A DNA stretch of 63,050 nucleotides, counting the filler, from Reticulomyxa filosa (taxonomy: Eukaryota > Protista > Foraminifera), in NCBI GenBank assembly GCA_000512085.1. It is 17 parts of 17 records of this genome, joined end to end, with 100 filler letters (N's around TTAATTAATTAA, not from the genome) between each part and the next. Parts side by side here need not be neighbours in the genome. Positions count along the whole stretch, not along the records: positions 8,761 to 15,578 come from ASPP01019061.1; positions 15,679 to 32,293 come from ASPP01050013.1; 15 more parts are not named here. The stretch is one strand, 5' to 3'. The notes under the pieces were generated by a model. It ran no database searches, had not been told where the DNA came from, and was given only the letters and a program-made list of their open reading frames with translations. The position numbers were made by a program, and so were the translations under genes. Positions 10,068-22,687 of the stretch are shown piece by piece; the stretch's first letter is position 1, and each line of letters begins with the position of its first letter.

Positions 10068-12623
10068 TTATGGCTTCCACCAAATAGGTTGCATTTGGCG
10101 AAATAGTTGCATAATTTCTCCAACGAACATTTGCTTTTCAGAAGTGTCTGCAACGATATTGCTTGTCAGACTTTGAAGAATTTTTTCTTCTCTGGAAATC
10201 GAAGTGCATTCTTGAGAGCCATTTTTGATGTCATTTGTTATAGGTTCACCAGAGGAATTTGGGACCCATGGCGAAGCCAAATTGGTCCTAACTTCGTCAT
10301 ATCCTTCATTACTGTATCGTTCCACCAGAGCCCTCTATTTTAAATTTTATACAAGCTTAATATATTATATCTCTTGGCGCACTTGACAAAAAAAAAAGAT
10401 ATTATATAAATGTATATATTTATAAATATAATAACAATTTGTTGGAATAGCCACGAGTTAGAAGTCAAGGAGGAAAGAGGTGCAGGAGAAGGAGTATTGA
10501 ATTGGACGGGAAGGAAAGAGCCATCATCGTCTTTGAGTACATCGAACCAGCGATACTCTGCGCTGCTGGTGGCAGAGCTCCAACTACCAATGATCAGTCC
10601 AATGTAGGGTTGGGGTGTAAACGTATCATTGGCTTGCGAATGATGTTTATTTGCAATAGAATGCGAGTCGCGCCGATGTGTAACTTTGACACTCATGTGT
10701 TGATCCAAGTCGCGATTGGAAGGGTAGTTTTGGAACGTAGGATGCGAGTGATACCATCCAACAACTTGTAATCCATTGTCGACAATTTCTTGCGTGATTT
10801 TAATTTGATCACAAGGATCGGCATTCACTTCACGAGCCGCATGTTGCTCTTCAAGCAACGGGTAACACCGAACGACGCGACAAGTGTGTTGATAACTTTC
10901 GACTCCGTCCACGCATACTTTCGTCTGTGTCACACTCCCCGCCAGCAGTCCTACTATCTCGTTCTCTTGACACAAGTGTGCATGCAGTTCGGCCACTATC
11001 AATGCGTTGGGACAATATTCTATCTATACAATTGTCCAAACTGCTCTTTCATACAATTATCTTTTTTAACACAGTTGTATCAATGGAGATACTCTTCAGA
11101 ACCTGAAAAGGTTGGGTTCGTTCTTTTTTGGAAGGATTCATTTGATAAGGAGCGTACAATTCAATATCACTTCGTAAGCAAAATTCATTGTCATCAAGAT
11201 GCGGCACCCATCGAGTGCATTTGCGCTCTCGCGTCGACCGTCGGAGTACCAAAGGCTCACTGCCTTCAATCTATTCATCAATCCGCATAAACACATATAT
11301 TATATTGTTTGAAAGATTAAACCGATCTTTGAGACGAATACCTGGCCATCGTCATCTGTTGTTACATCACTCGAGTCATCACACTTCGGACGTCTTTTTT
11401 TGTGTGTCTTTTTTTTGGCAGCAGCGGTTGCATCGGTTGTGGTTTGCTCCTTTTCTTTACCATCTTCCACCGCTGCTTCTTTTTTCTTATCAATGTCTTC
11501 GTCATTTTTTGTCGCTTGGCGTCTCATTTTCGCCGCACCTTCCTCATCAGATATCACTCCATCAATCATGGGCACATTTTCCAACTTACCAAACATGCGC
11601 TTGACAATACTTGAGTGCTTGTTCAATTTGTTCCCAGACAACGTATACCCATTCCCACTTTCCAACACCTTACTTGGCAAAGCCTCGCCTTTTTTTAGCA
11701 ACTTTATGAAATGGACTTGTGCATGTGAGCGGATGGATGCTTCATCTCGAGTTCCCATGAACGTACTTATCTTTTTTATTATTCCCCCTCAGGCTACATT
11801 ATTTAACTTCCCAGCGTAAAAAAAAAAAGGTAAGAAAAACTTGCTTCCAATCCCTTCCAAACAATTCCAAAGCCTGTGTAAATTTGCTGTGTTCACAGTC
11901 GGTCCAAGGTGCCACTTTTTTACGTTTTTTTAAAGGGGGTCCCTCTTCCTCTTCCTCTTCTTGCTTCTTCTCTTTTTCAACATTGCTTACTGTATCACCT
12001 TCGGGGTGTGGCATAAAGTCCGCTAATTTATTTTATTAGTTTGTTTTTTAAATAAATTTAGTTTTGATGACTGTGCAAAAAAAAAAAAAAATTATTTAAA
12101 TACTGAGTTTTCTTTTGACGGCCTTTTTTTTGTTGGAAGTAGGATGGTTGTCCTGCAATTGGTTAGATAGTGAATCAGAGCTTTGAATTGATGGACCAAC
12201 GACATTGACGCTCTCATTTTCTTTGTTTTGATTTTCTTTGTTGTCATTATCGGTGTTTTTATCAGCCGAAGCAGCGTCATCCTTCTTTGGAATCGTTTGC
12301 CTTGTTTGTAGCTGTGGCGCGGGTGAGGAAGGTGGGTCTCTCTTGCTCCTCCCCCTTCCTCGTCCTTTTTGCTTTGCACTTCGCTTTTCCTCTTTCGTTG
12401 GAACATAGTCTTCGTCACTGCTGTCCTTCTCTCTCTTTTTTTTTTCGCTTTCCCTTTTTTTCGTCTTCACGTCCTAAGCTTGCGAGGACTGCCTCTATGT
12501 CTTCATCTTTTTTTTTAAACATTATCTCGTTGGACGGTTTTCTGCAAACAAAGTTTTGTCTTTTTTTTGGTGTATGTCTTTGCTCTTTTTCTTGTCACCA
12601 GCAACAAAGTCGTCGTGATCCAT
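10068..12623 (-). CDS. MYSM1-like Myb/SANT + MPN+/JAMM deubiquitinase (multi-exon)
   Basis: PWTDCEHSKFTQALELFGRDWKQ..GTRDEASIRSHAQ (SHAQKYF-class Myb); HAHL..EIVGLLAG and VVGWYHSHP...PSNRD (JAMM). Confidence 0.85.
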
Positions 12624-14777
12624 GGTTTTCAAACAGAAATTCAGTCAAAAAAATAGCAAGTTGAACAGGTATCTCAACAGAGAAAACGCATAAAGATTTA
12701 CTTCCAACCAATTTAACAAAAAAATGTCGCCACTAACACCCCTCAAAAGAACTGGTCGTCTTACACTTCCGACTGCAAAGTTACCCGCTTTCAGGAACTA
12801 AAATTTGTGAAATAAATAATACTTACAATTTTTTCGCTTTCAAACTGCATGCCTCATTAAGGAATTGTGGGAGACGTTTATCAGCTATTTCACTTGAAAT
12901 TAAATAGTAAGCCAAGATATAAATATTTATTATTGATTACTTCATATCGAATAAATAAGTGTTCAGTATCACTTCATAGTGAATGTAATTCAAATATTTT
13001 ATCTCTTTGCCTGATCATACATACCATATTCAAATTGTTTTATCACATGACGTTGAAGCAACTTTTATTCTATCTTTAGAAAAATTTACACTGTTCACAA
13101 AATCAGAATGTCATCGTAAAATTTTTGATAGCTTGAAGTATTTTACCTATTTGTATATTATTTAGATTTTTTTAAAAAAAGAAAATTGAATGTAAAACAT
13201 AATATATATTGAAATAATGTTATTGAAATCATTAATCAATCAAGCATTGATTAATAATGATCTTATCTAATTTTGAATTAATAAGTTAATTTACTATTTT
13301 TTCTTTTTGTTTAGCATATTCACACATACATATGTATACATATATGCATATTCATAAATTTAACTTTCTATTTAGTAATTAAACATTGACAAAAACAAAT
13401 GAATTAACTTTCAATTATTTTGTCAGTAATTTTACATTGAAAATCTTTTTTATTTTATTGCACTTTTTTCTTACCTTGAAAAAACATTTGTTGTTCTTCA
13501 TATGTTTTTTCTTTTATTCATCAGTCTTTAAATGTGTTGTTAAAAGTCGATATAGACGATGTCATCTAATAATATGCAAATATTTGCTATCACTACTTAA
13601 TATTTTCTGATAACTTGAAGTAATTGTAACTTACGCTAATTTCTACAATATGCAAACAATATTCGTTCATTTTAAACCAAATGTTTACATTACGCTTACT
13701 AAGAAAATGAATCCATTTATTAAAAATGAAACTATTTTCATCTCGCAATACATAATTACATTCTCTTTCATTTTCACATATTTATGCCTATCAACAGAAA
13801 ATACTGTGATATAATTCAAAATATTTATACAAACATATATGATCGTATTCATTTTTGATTATATCATGAATAGCATTCGCCTTGAGACAGCTTCCAAAAA
13901 TGAGTAAAAATTTTCACTTTGAACCTTGATTAAAGTTGAATTATTTGTAACAAGTTTGTATTGTTTGTATGACTGTTGAGTTAATAAATTACTCAAAAAA
14001 TATTTGCACAACTGCGCTAATTCCTTCGTGAAACTAAATGACAACTTATAATCTACGTTATTTTTTTATGCAATTCGAGATAATTCATATCTTTCACAAC
14101 TGATCTCATTTGCGAAAAGGAGAAAATTTCTTTACCATCTTGTGAACACATACCACTGTTACTTAGTACATCCTTCCAATTTGCATCTCAATTGCAAATA
14201 ATCGAATCGTACCACTGTGAACACAACACGATAAGTTGACTATCATAGAAAAGTTTATGTGAGACGCCAGCCAGAAAAGAGTTCGCACTAAATGTAATAC
14301 GAAAGGGCTTTTTTGCTCAAAGAGCCTGATTTTCAACAAACAAGTAAATTAAAACAAATTAAAGAGAAATGACACGAAAAAGAGGAAAAAACAAACAAGG
14401 CAAAGCGAAGAAGGTTGTAAAAGAAGTTTAACCCACTGGGGATTCCTCGGGTCCTCCCGAGTTCAAGCCTTTAGAATAGGGACTTGTACTACAAGTTGCA
14501 TGCCAATATGCACTATCTGATTCAGTTTACTGTAAAAGTAAAAATTAGACAAACTTTCGGATTTTATAAGGCTTACTTCAATGACGGACGCTATTTTTAT
14601 TTTACGCGTTTTATTCTGCTTGGATTCTCGACATGCATCGACTTGCAATGCCTTTGTTTCATTTCTTGTTAACCCCTTGTTGTAGACTTCAACAACAAGT
14701 TTAATGACGGGAAAGGAAAAAGTAAAAATTAATAGATAGTAATCATTAGCAATACTAATATATAGATCCATATTAAA

Positions 14778-15553
14778 ATGTTTAAGATTGCTTTTGTTGG
14801 AGCAGGACAAGTTAATTTTGGGGGTGGTGAAGGACCTTGGGATCACGCCACCCGTTTGGAGCGTTTGTACCAAGACAAAGTCTTTGACTTGTCGGTAGTG
14901 GCAATTGTGGACGTGGACGTGAAACGTGCAGAAGAGATGCTAAAGGAGCGTTCTCAAAAGTACCCTGACCTTTACAAAAATTGTGCAATATACGAAAAGT
15001 GGAAAGAAATGCTCGAGACGGTGTCGGATTTGACCACTGGTCTTTTAACTCTTTGTTTTACCCAAAAAAAAAAAGGCTCCTGTCCCTCCTAAAAAAAAAA
15101 AAAAAAGGGAAATGAAAAGGAGAGGTATCATAAAATCGAGCAATTATCACTTTATATTATATATATAATATAAAGTGATAATTGGTACCCCTCCGCATGT
15201 CCGGGGCTCATTGTCCGGGAGCAAAGACATAGAATTGCAGTGCATGACGAAAGGCATCGACGTGTTTGTGGAGAAGCCAGTGTCGGCAGACGAGCCGGAG
15301 CAATTCAATAAATACGTGTCTCGTGTGTGTTTATGTCAAGAGAAAGCGCGATGTCGGTACAATCGTCTGAAACGCCGTCCGATTATCAGCGTCGGCTACA
15401 TGTTCCGTTATCATAGTGCTTTGCGTCGCATGAAAGACATCATCGCCAGCAAACCACACTTTCAACGTGTTCTGCACGTCAATTTGCGCTACCAATGCGC
15501 TTATGAATATCTCGATTTTAAAAAAGCCTTTTGGTGGGATCAAAGACTGTCTG
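14778..15553 (+). CDS. Gfo/Idh/MocA family NAD(P)-dependent oxidoreductase, partial
   Basis: IAFVGAG Rossmann motif, IIGTPP, VFVEKPVS, SVGYMFRY; intron about 15021-15174. Confidence 0.85.
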
Positions 15554-16615
15554 GTGTGTTTTTTTGTTGCAAGCTGTTNNNNNNNNNNNNNNNNNNNNNN
15601 NNNNNNNNNNNNNNNNNNNNNNTTAATTAATTAANNNNNNNNNNNNNNNNNNNNNNNNNNNNNNNNNNNNNNNNNNNNTAATAATAATAATAATAATAAT
15701 AATAATGATAATAACAATAATATAAATGATGATATTCATTCAATTAATAATAATTCTTCTCAAGTTTAATCAAATATTTATTTATTTATTTTATTTTTAT
15801 ATATTTTTTTTTTTTTAATTTTTGTTTGTTAATAATAAATAGTCATCCAATAATTTAGATATTATTTTAGAACCATTCATTACGTTTAGTCAAACAAATA
15901 TTATATATATTTTATATATTTTATATATATATTTTTTTTTTTTGTCAAAATATAGAGATAATCAATATTCAAGTGCAACAATAAATAATTATACAATTGA
16001 TAATTATTATGATGATTCCAAAAAATATTTTAATTATAAATTTATTCAATCCAAACCAACACTTAAATCACAAATTAAAGGTAAACAAAAATTTAAATTT
16101 ATTTTTTTATTTATTTATTTTTTTTTTTTTAATTTGAATAGAATTACGTGAATTAGAAAAATTAAAATTAACTGATTTACAACGAACAATTCAAACTCAA
16201 CAACACACAACTCAATCCAAACTTTCTTTTGTACATTTACCAGGACAATTATAGTCATTTCCCTTTCTTTGTCATCATATTATTCTTGTTTTTCAATTGT
16301 AACATTTTAAGATATTATATCACAATTCTTACTTTTAAAATTTTCTCTTTCTGACTGTATGCTTTATAGTTTTCCCAATTGTTCTAATTTAAAAAAAAAT
16401 TAAAAGCGCATTCGGATTTTGCTGAAGAATGCATTAAGGACGTGTTCATCTTTGGAGAAAAGAATGAATTTTTGAGAATTTGAACTTATCCAATTTTAGT
16501 TGTAAAAAATTGATATGAATTTTTGTTTGGAGAGGCTGCGAATAGACCGAGTTCTCGCTTTTGAATAAAATTGCAAAAACAGTAAAAATGAAAGAAGCAA
16601 TGGATTATCTCTCCC

Positions 16616-18252
16616 TCACAAAGGACGCATTTCGGTGTCACACATTGATTCTACACTTTTGGTGGCTTCATTATGCTCCTCCATTATCTTGTCATTGTTT
16701 GTCTCTTCTTTTTTTCTAGACGAGCATGAGCTTCGATCAAATTTCCTTCTTGATTTGTGACGACTTTCTCGACTTCGATTACTGTCAGTGTCGCTTATTC
16801 TATTACTTTCCGTTTCGCTGGTGCTGTCATTCTTGTCACTATTTTTGAAAATCAGAAAACTCAAGACAATTATAAAAAAAAAGCTACGAATACGCGATTC
16901 GAAAAGTAACTCAAAGTTGCCTGTCAAGACCTGGGAGCCTTCAAGTTGTCTAATAAAAAACCTTGCGCATTTCTTTCTGTCGAATGTTTTTGTTCAATCG
17001 TGGATAAAATGTTGCCAATAATGGGAGGAGCTTCAGTGGTGAGTGGTGCAACGGAAGTGTTGTTTGCGTCAAAGTGACTTTGGCCAGTGTTGTTCACGCG
17101 AATTGATGTATCTGCCATTTCGACATCGACATTCGAAATAATCTTGTCTTCATCTTTTATAAGTGGAGTATTGTGCAATGGAAATGAAGGCATTAGCTGT
17201 GGATTGGACAGTGAACGCGTACGATACGCTGGAAGTGAAGGTGGATGTGGATGTGGATGTGGATGAAGAGAGAGGGAAAGAGAAAGAGGCAGAGATGGAA
17301 GCGGATGTGAAAGTGGATGAGGATGCAAATGTGAATTTTCGATTCGAATGTTTTTGGTTAATGTCTGTTCCATCCATTGCACATTATCTTTCAACACTAG
17401 GCAATGATCCGGAATATCGCCTTCAGCGCGCATCTGCTTCCATGCTTGAAATCTTTCACTGATTGGCGGACGATCCATCATAAAACTGCTTAATGCTCCC
17501 ACACAATACAAACCACTGTCGTGCTTGGGGCCTATTGCACACGTTCCAACATTTATTTTTGTTGACAAAGAAATTAGTGACAAAATTTTGACTTTGGGCC
17601 ATACCTTCCACAAATTGTTCCCAGTTGGTCACACTACGATGAAATCGAAATGGATTCAACGGAGCATTCATATTCATGCCTTCATTCATATTGTTGCTAC
17701 CTCGAGGATTGCTGCTGTTTCCATTCAAAGCCCCATTTATATTTGTGTTCATACTCATACCTCCATTTGCGTTTGTGTTCGTATTGGAGTTGGCGTTGAT
17801 ATAACTCTGTCCAGAAGTCATACTTTGAGACTGTGACAACATCTGATGGGGCATATTTCTATGTATATGCGAAAAATTTGGCGACAAGTTCATTGCCAAA
17901 GGATCAATACTTTGTCCTTGTGGAAACCGCGGTGCTGTTGACAGATGTCCAGAATTCAAGTTATGCGAGTGAGGCTGTGATACCAATAATCCCTCTTTTG
18001 TTACATGCGCAAAACCGCATCGCTCACCATACGTACATTGTCCTGTCTTTTATTATTTCGAATGATTGACACTTTTTCCCTTTCATCCCCTCCCCAAATA
18101 CTGTTTGTTGGCTGTATTGCTAAATTTTGGTTTACGAACCCGAAGAAAGTTGTGACAAGACTTTTGGCGCGGAGGTCGATTGTCTGTGTTAGTGGCGTTT
18201 GTTCTTTGCAGTCGTTTTGTAAAAAGAAAGACAGTGGCTTACTTTCAGTCAT
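16616..18252 (-). CDS. Low-complexity protein with a CCHC-like knuckle (split by frameshifts)
   Basis: Four overlapping ORFs join at 1-nt slips; corrected frame gives CWNVCNRPKHDSGLYC; N/M- and H/P-rich regions; RS-rich tail. Confidence 0.5.
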
Positions 18253-18781
18253 TTAAGGAATCGATTTGATGAGGATAAATAACTCAAGCAATGACAAGCA
18301 ATTAAACACAAATATTCAATGAATTAAATAATTTGATTTTTTGATATAAGGTCATGAAGTTTAAAGGTTTTCCTCCCAGGGCCAAACGTTTTAGTGTTCT
18401 ACAGTTACAGCTTTTGTTTTGCAATATATGTGATCACTGCCTTGGAGATTATCAATTTCTAATGAAAATTATCATTGCTCTGATTTCTTTTGAAAAATGT
18501 TACAATGTGAATATTTAACCAAGCCGATAAATTTTGTTTTATTTGATTATTTTCATCAAGTAGTATTTTGGCTATGTACATTTTTTTTTTGCAACTTGCG
18601 ATGTAAGTTGATCGATTTACTAAATTACGTGTCAGAAAAACATGTTAATTTTGTATGGAAAGGTGAAGAAGTTCTTATCATTTGCATAATTAGATTTTTC
18701 ATCTCTGAAATATCATATTATTCGATACAATGAAACACATTTCTATTTTCCCTTTTCAAAAAAAGCCAAGTCACAATATAT

Positions 18782-20643
18782 CTAACAACAAGCACATCCG
18801 GCACCATATGCAATGGAGTAACCAATTCCAACACAGATTGGTGAGCATATTAAAAGTCCCCAACACGTCATCCCGGTAATAAATGTATAAAGAATGGCTT
18901 TTTTGTTTGACCCTCCAATTTCCAACTGGTCGGCATTGCTCCAACACGCTCCCCAAAACGGAGCAAATATGATTAGACAAGAGATCACTCCACAAAGTAA
19001 GGCCGCAAAGAAATAGAGTAATGTCTTGACCCACGGGTATTCACACAATTTTTGTGTGTCAAAGCCAAATATACGAACAAGTAATGCTCCAGAGATAAAC
19101 ACATGCGCAAACGCAAATCCGAGAAATAAAGCCACGTTAGGATATTGTGACACTATGTCCAAAATGGTGTGTCCATGTGTATTGACAGGGGGATACAACA
19201 GATTGCCAAAATCGTCTTTGGACCAAGAAATCAAGCAATCGCAATCACCTTGTTTGTAGACGGTAAAGACAATCGCGACAATTGATTGAGGGACATCGCC
19301 CAGCACGTGCAATGCGACAACAGCATACACAAACATTCCAAAGCCATCTCTGGTCAGCAATAAGCGCGGGCGTGCCTTGTACAGCGTTTCGGAATCGAAG
19401 ATATTCTGTTTGACTCGCTGCCAAGCCATTGTGATATCGGATGTGCGCACTATTGCAGTGCAAATGATCAACAGTTATATCTAGCGTATGCACGCAACAA
19501 TCAAACTGCAAGAGAAAAAAGATAATACAAAGACAGGATACCTCTGAAACCCACACAAGAAGTCAACAAGATGACGAGACCCGATATAACGAGGAATGCA
19601 AATGAACTGTTGTAACAATTGTTAAACACTGCTATAATGGTATCTTTGGAAGCTTTTGTTTCGATTCGTTTGGTCATTTTGCTTAAAGAACAATAAGAAG
19701 ACGCCGTTGCATTATTCACACTTTGTTCATTTTGTAACGCAAATTGGTATTGCACGCTTTGGGAATTGTATGAACTCGAATTTCCACACGTGCAGTCCTT
19801 ACATGCAATGCTTGCCTCGGCATTGCTCAAACACGTCTGTTGGACGTTGGTGGTGGTGTATGACAAGTACGTGTCGTACGATTTGGAGCAATTCACTTTC
19901 ATTTGATGACAAGTGCAATCCTCAAATCCTTCAGCAAACTATTGTTTCCGAGACAATATGCACACGCAACATTGTTTTGTGTATACTTCCCATGATGGTC
20001 ATGCCCCCCACCCCTCTTTAAGTCGAATAACAATAGACAAGATAAATAACAAAAGCTTTAAAAAAAAAATTGCTGAAACACTAATTTAGGTTTTCACTTT
20101 GGCAAATGTCAGGTCAGTGTCACTTGCTCCACTTGCGTTACAAATCAACACTTGATTGACAATCGTTTCCTTGGACATCGATCGAAGGACCTTTTTGGCT
20201 TGATGATAGTCACCTCGACTGCTATCAATAAATCGCATCAATTGCACTGATGCTACATAGTCCATCAATGTCACCAATGCTGGAATTAACAGTATCAACC
20301 ATGAACAAATCAAAACACACTTCAGTTTTCGCTTTTTGGAACTGTTTTCATCTTTCACTGGTGGCAATACGTTGAGCTCCGGTAGACGAATGTTCGGCTC
20401 TCTTTCTTCCTCTGGTGGCACATTATCTCCTTTCCCATCGTCAGCAGGAACCAGTGTTATTTGTGCATTTATTGTTATTGGGGCGGCGTAAGGAACTGCT
20501 TGAGCGGGAGGCATTATCACATCCGATGGAATACGGTTCACCATATCACTCATATCACTTCCTCCTGCGGCTGCTTCCATTGTTTCTCCAATCGACCTTT
20601 CCGTTTCTAAAGGGAGGCTTGGAAGAGGTGGAAAATCGGTCAT
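18782..20643 (-). CDS. Multi-pass membrane protein with Cys-rich extracellular segment, function unknown
   Basis: Three co-oriented ORFs with TM stretches and Cys clusters, separated by an AT-rich intron and a frameshift. Confidence 0.65.
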
Positions 20644-21081
20644 TGGGTTCTTTATCCAAATCTAAATCGCGTAATGCAAGCTAAGTTCTTTACAAAGTTA
20701 CACACTGTCCAATCACCCCAATGTTGGGGAAGAATTTTCATTCAAAAGTCTTTGAACAACAATTTTGTCGTAGCAATTTGATTTACACGTGCGAATTTGG
20801 ATAATTATTTACTATTCAGTTAATGAGCATCAAATCCTTCAAAATATCGATATTTGTAAATAATTGGTATATTTTAAATAATATTTCTAGTTTATTTTTA
20901 CGTTAACCTTTAACTAGTTGTGCGACTTTCTTTTTAGTTGTTGAATTCTAGTTTTTGGGTTGTTTCTAAGTTCGGTTCTGCGAACAGCATAAGTAGGCCA
21001 CCCACAGAAAACAAAAAAATAATAATTTCTTGTGTTAGATTGAGGCTGTATTAATATCGGCCTTGTGTTGGAATAATTTTG

Positions 21082-22277
21082 ATGGAAAAGACTGTCCCTC
21101 TGAATGGGAACAAATCTTCCCGAGCAAAGAACGTTTCAATTGACTTCATAAGTGGTGCTATCTCGGGGGCTTTAGTAAAGACTGTAAGTGCACCAGCCGA
21201 TCGTATGAAATTACTCTATCAAACAAGAACAAATGAATTTGGAAATCTGTCCATTCCCCAAATGTTCACTCACATTATCCGAGAACAAGGAGTTCCCTCA
21301 TTTTGGAGAGGTAGAAAATCTATCCTCCTGCCATGACCCTTTCTTTTTGTAGAACAAACAAACATAAACACTGTTGCAAACGTACACGTGAGTAACATAA
21401 ATGGATGATTTGAAAAGGAAATTTTCCTGCAATTGTGCGTTATTTCCCTCAGCAAGCATTTATGTTGACATTTCGAGAGCAGTTTCGAGCGCCTTTCGCA
21501 AAGCGAATCCCCCAAACGTCACATTTTATGCGATTATTATCGAACATAATTTCTGGAGGAGTGGCCGGCTGTTGTGCTTTAACTCTCGTATATCCATTGG
21601 ATGTGGCTCGGTAATCAACAAAAAAAAAAGGGAGTGTTGTGTTGTAAAAGGTATATTTGATCTATGACCCATTTATAGAACACGAATGGCAGCAGACATT
21701 GGGTTATCAGTTGAGTTGACTTTTTTGGCAGTTGAAAATGTTTTTTTCCACTAAAAATTAAAATAAAAAGGGGCCAAATAGTACCCGTGAATTTAAAGGT
21801 ATGTTCGACTGTCTCAATAAAATGCGTCGTGCATATGGCTTCTCTTCTTGGTACGGCGGGCTTCTTAGCGGCTGGGTGGCGTACTTTTTTTATCGTGGCA
21901 TTCAAATTGGTGGCTACGACACGATGAAAGTACATTTTGGATTGGAACTTCAGGAAACTCCAGACATTCAAACATTTAATGAATCCGTGTTCAAATTTGT
22001 TCAATATTTTGCCTTGTCGTTTGCTTTTACTTGTACGGCGAGTGCTCTTGTGTATCCCTTGGACACTGTGCGCCGTAAATGTATGATGGTTAGCCCAGAA
22101 CACAAACGAATCCGATTACTTGAATGTGCTAGGAATATCTATTTTCAATATGGTATTTTTGGTTTTTATCGAGGACTAATGATAAATTTTGTTCGCGGTT
22201 TTGGAAGCAGTATGGTGTTAGTGGGATTTGATTACATTAAACCCAATGTTGAACTTGTGGTCCTCAGGTATTGGTGA
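21082..22277 (+). CDS. Mitochondrial ADP/ATP carrier-like protein (SLC25), divergent
   Basis: KTVSAPADRMKLLYQ, FWRG, RYFPQQA, YPLDVAR, YRG..GGYDT, YPLDTVRRKCMM, FYRG..NFVRG; introns. Confidence 0.85.
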
Positions 22278-22687
22278 TTTAAAACAGAGCAAAAGGTTGT
22301 TTCTTATAACAAATTATGTGTCTTTGGCAGTTCTTGTCAATAGTAAGATTTTTTATCATGTTTGTGTTCGCATTTTCAGCCTAAGCAATCATTGGACTTT
22401 TATGTATTAAAACTATCATTATCCTTTGATTTAAAGCGCACTTATCCCCAATATTTTCTCACAGAGTACTTTTCAAAATTCTTTGTAGTAGATTTACTTT
22501 TACTTTTCTGTAAAAATATAGCCAAACTCTGTTTCCTTTTTGCACAAAAATTGACTGAACGAAAACTTTAGGGATCCTTTTTTTTGTGCTAGAAATTGCG
22601 TTGGTGTTTGGGACGTTGACTATACAAAAAAGCATATTTTATTTTTAACTGACAGGGCAAATAAGCCAAAATCAAAAGATTTGTAGG

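Noticed and set aside
14428-14550. 5S rRNA, U5 snRNA, RNase MRP or full SRP RNA call
   Set aside because: Only short partial motif resemblances; required conserved elements are missing. Kept only as an unassigned candidate.
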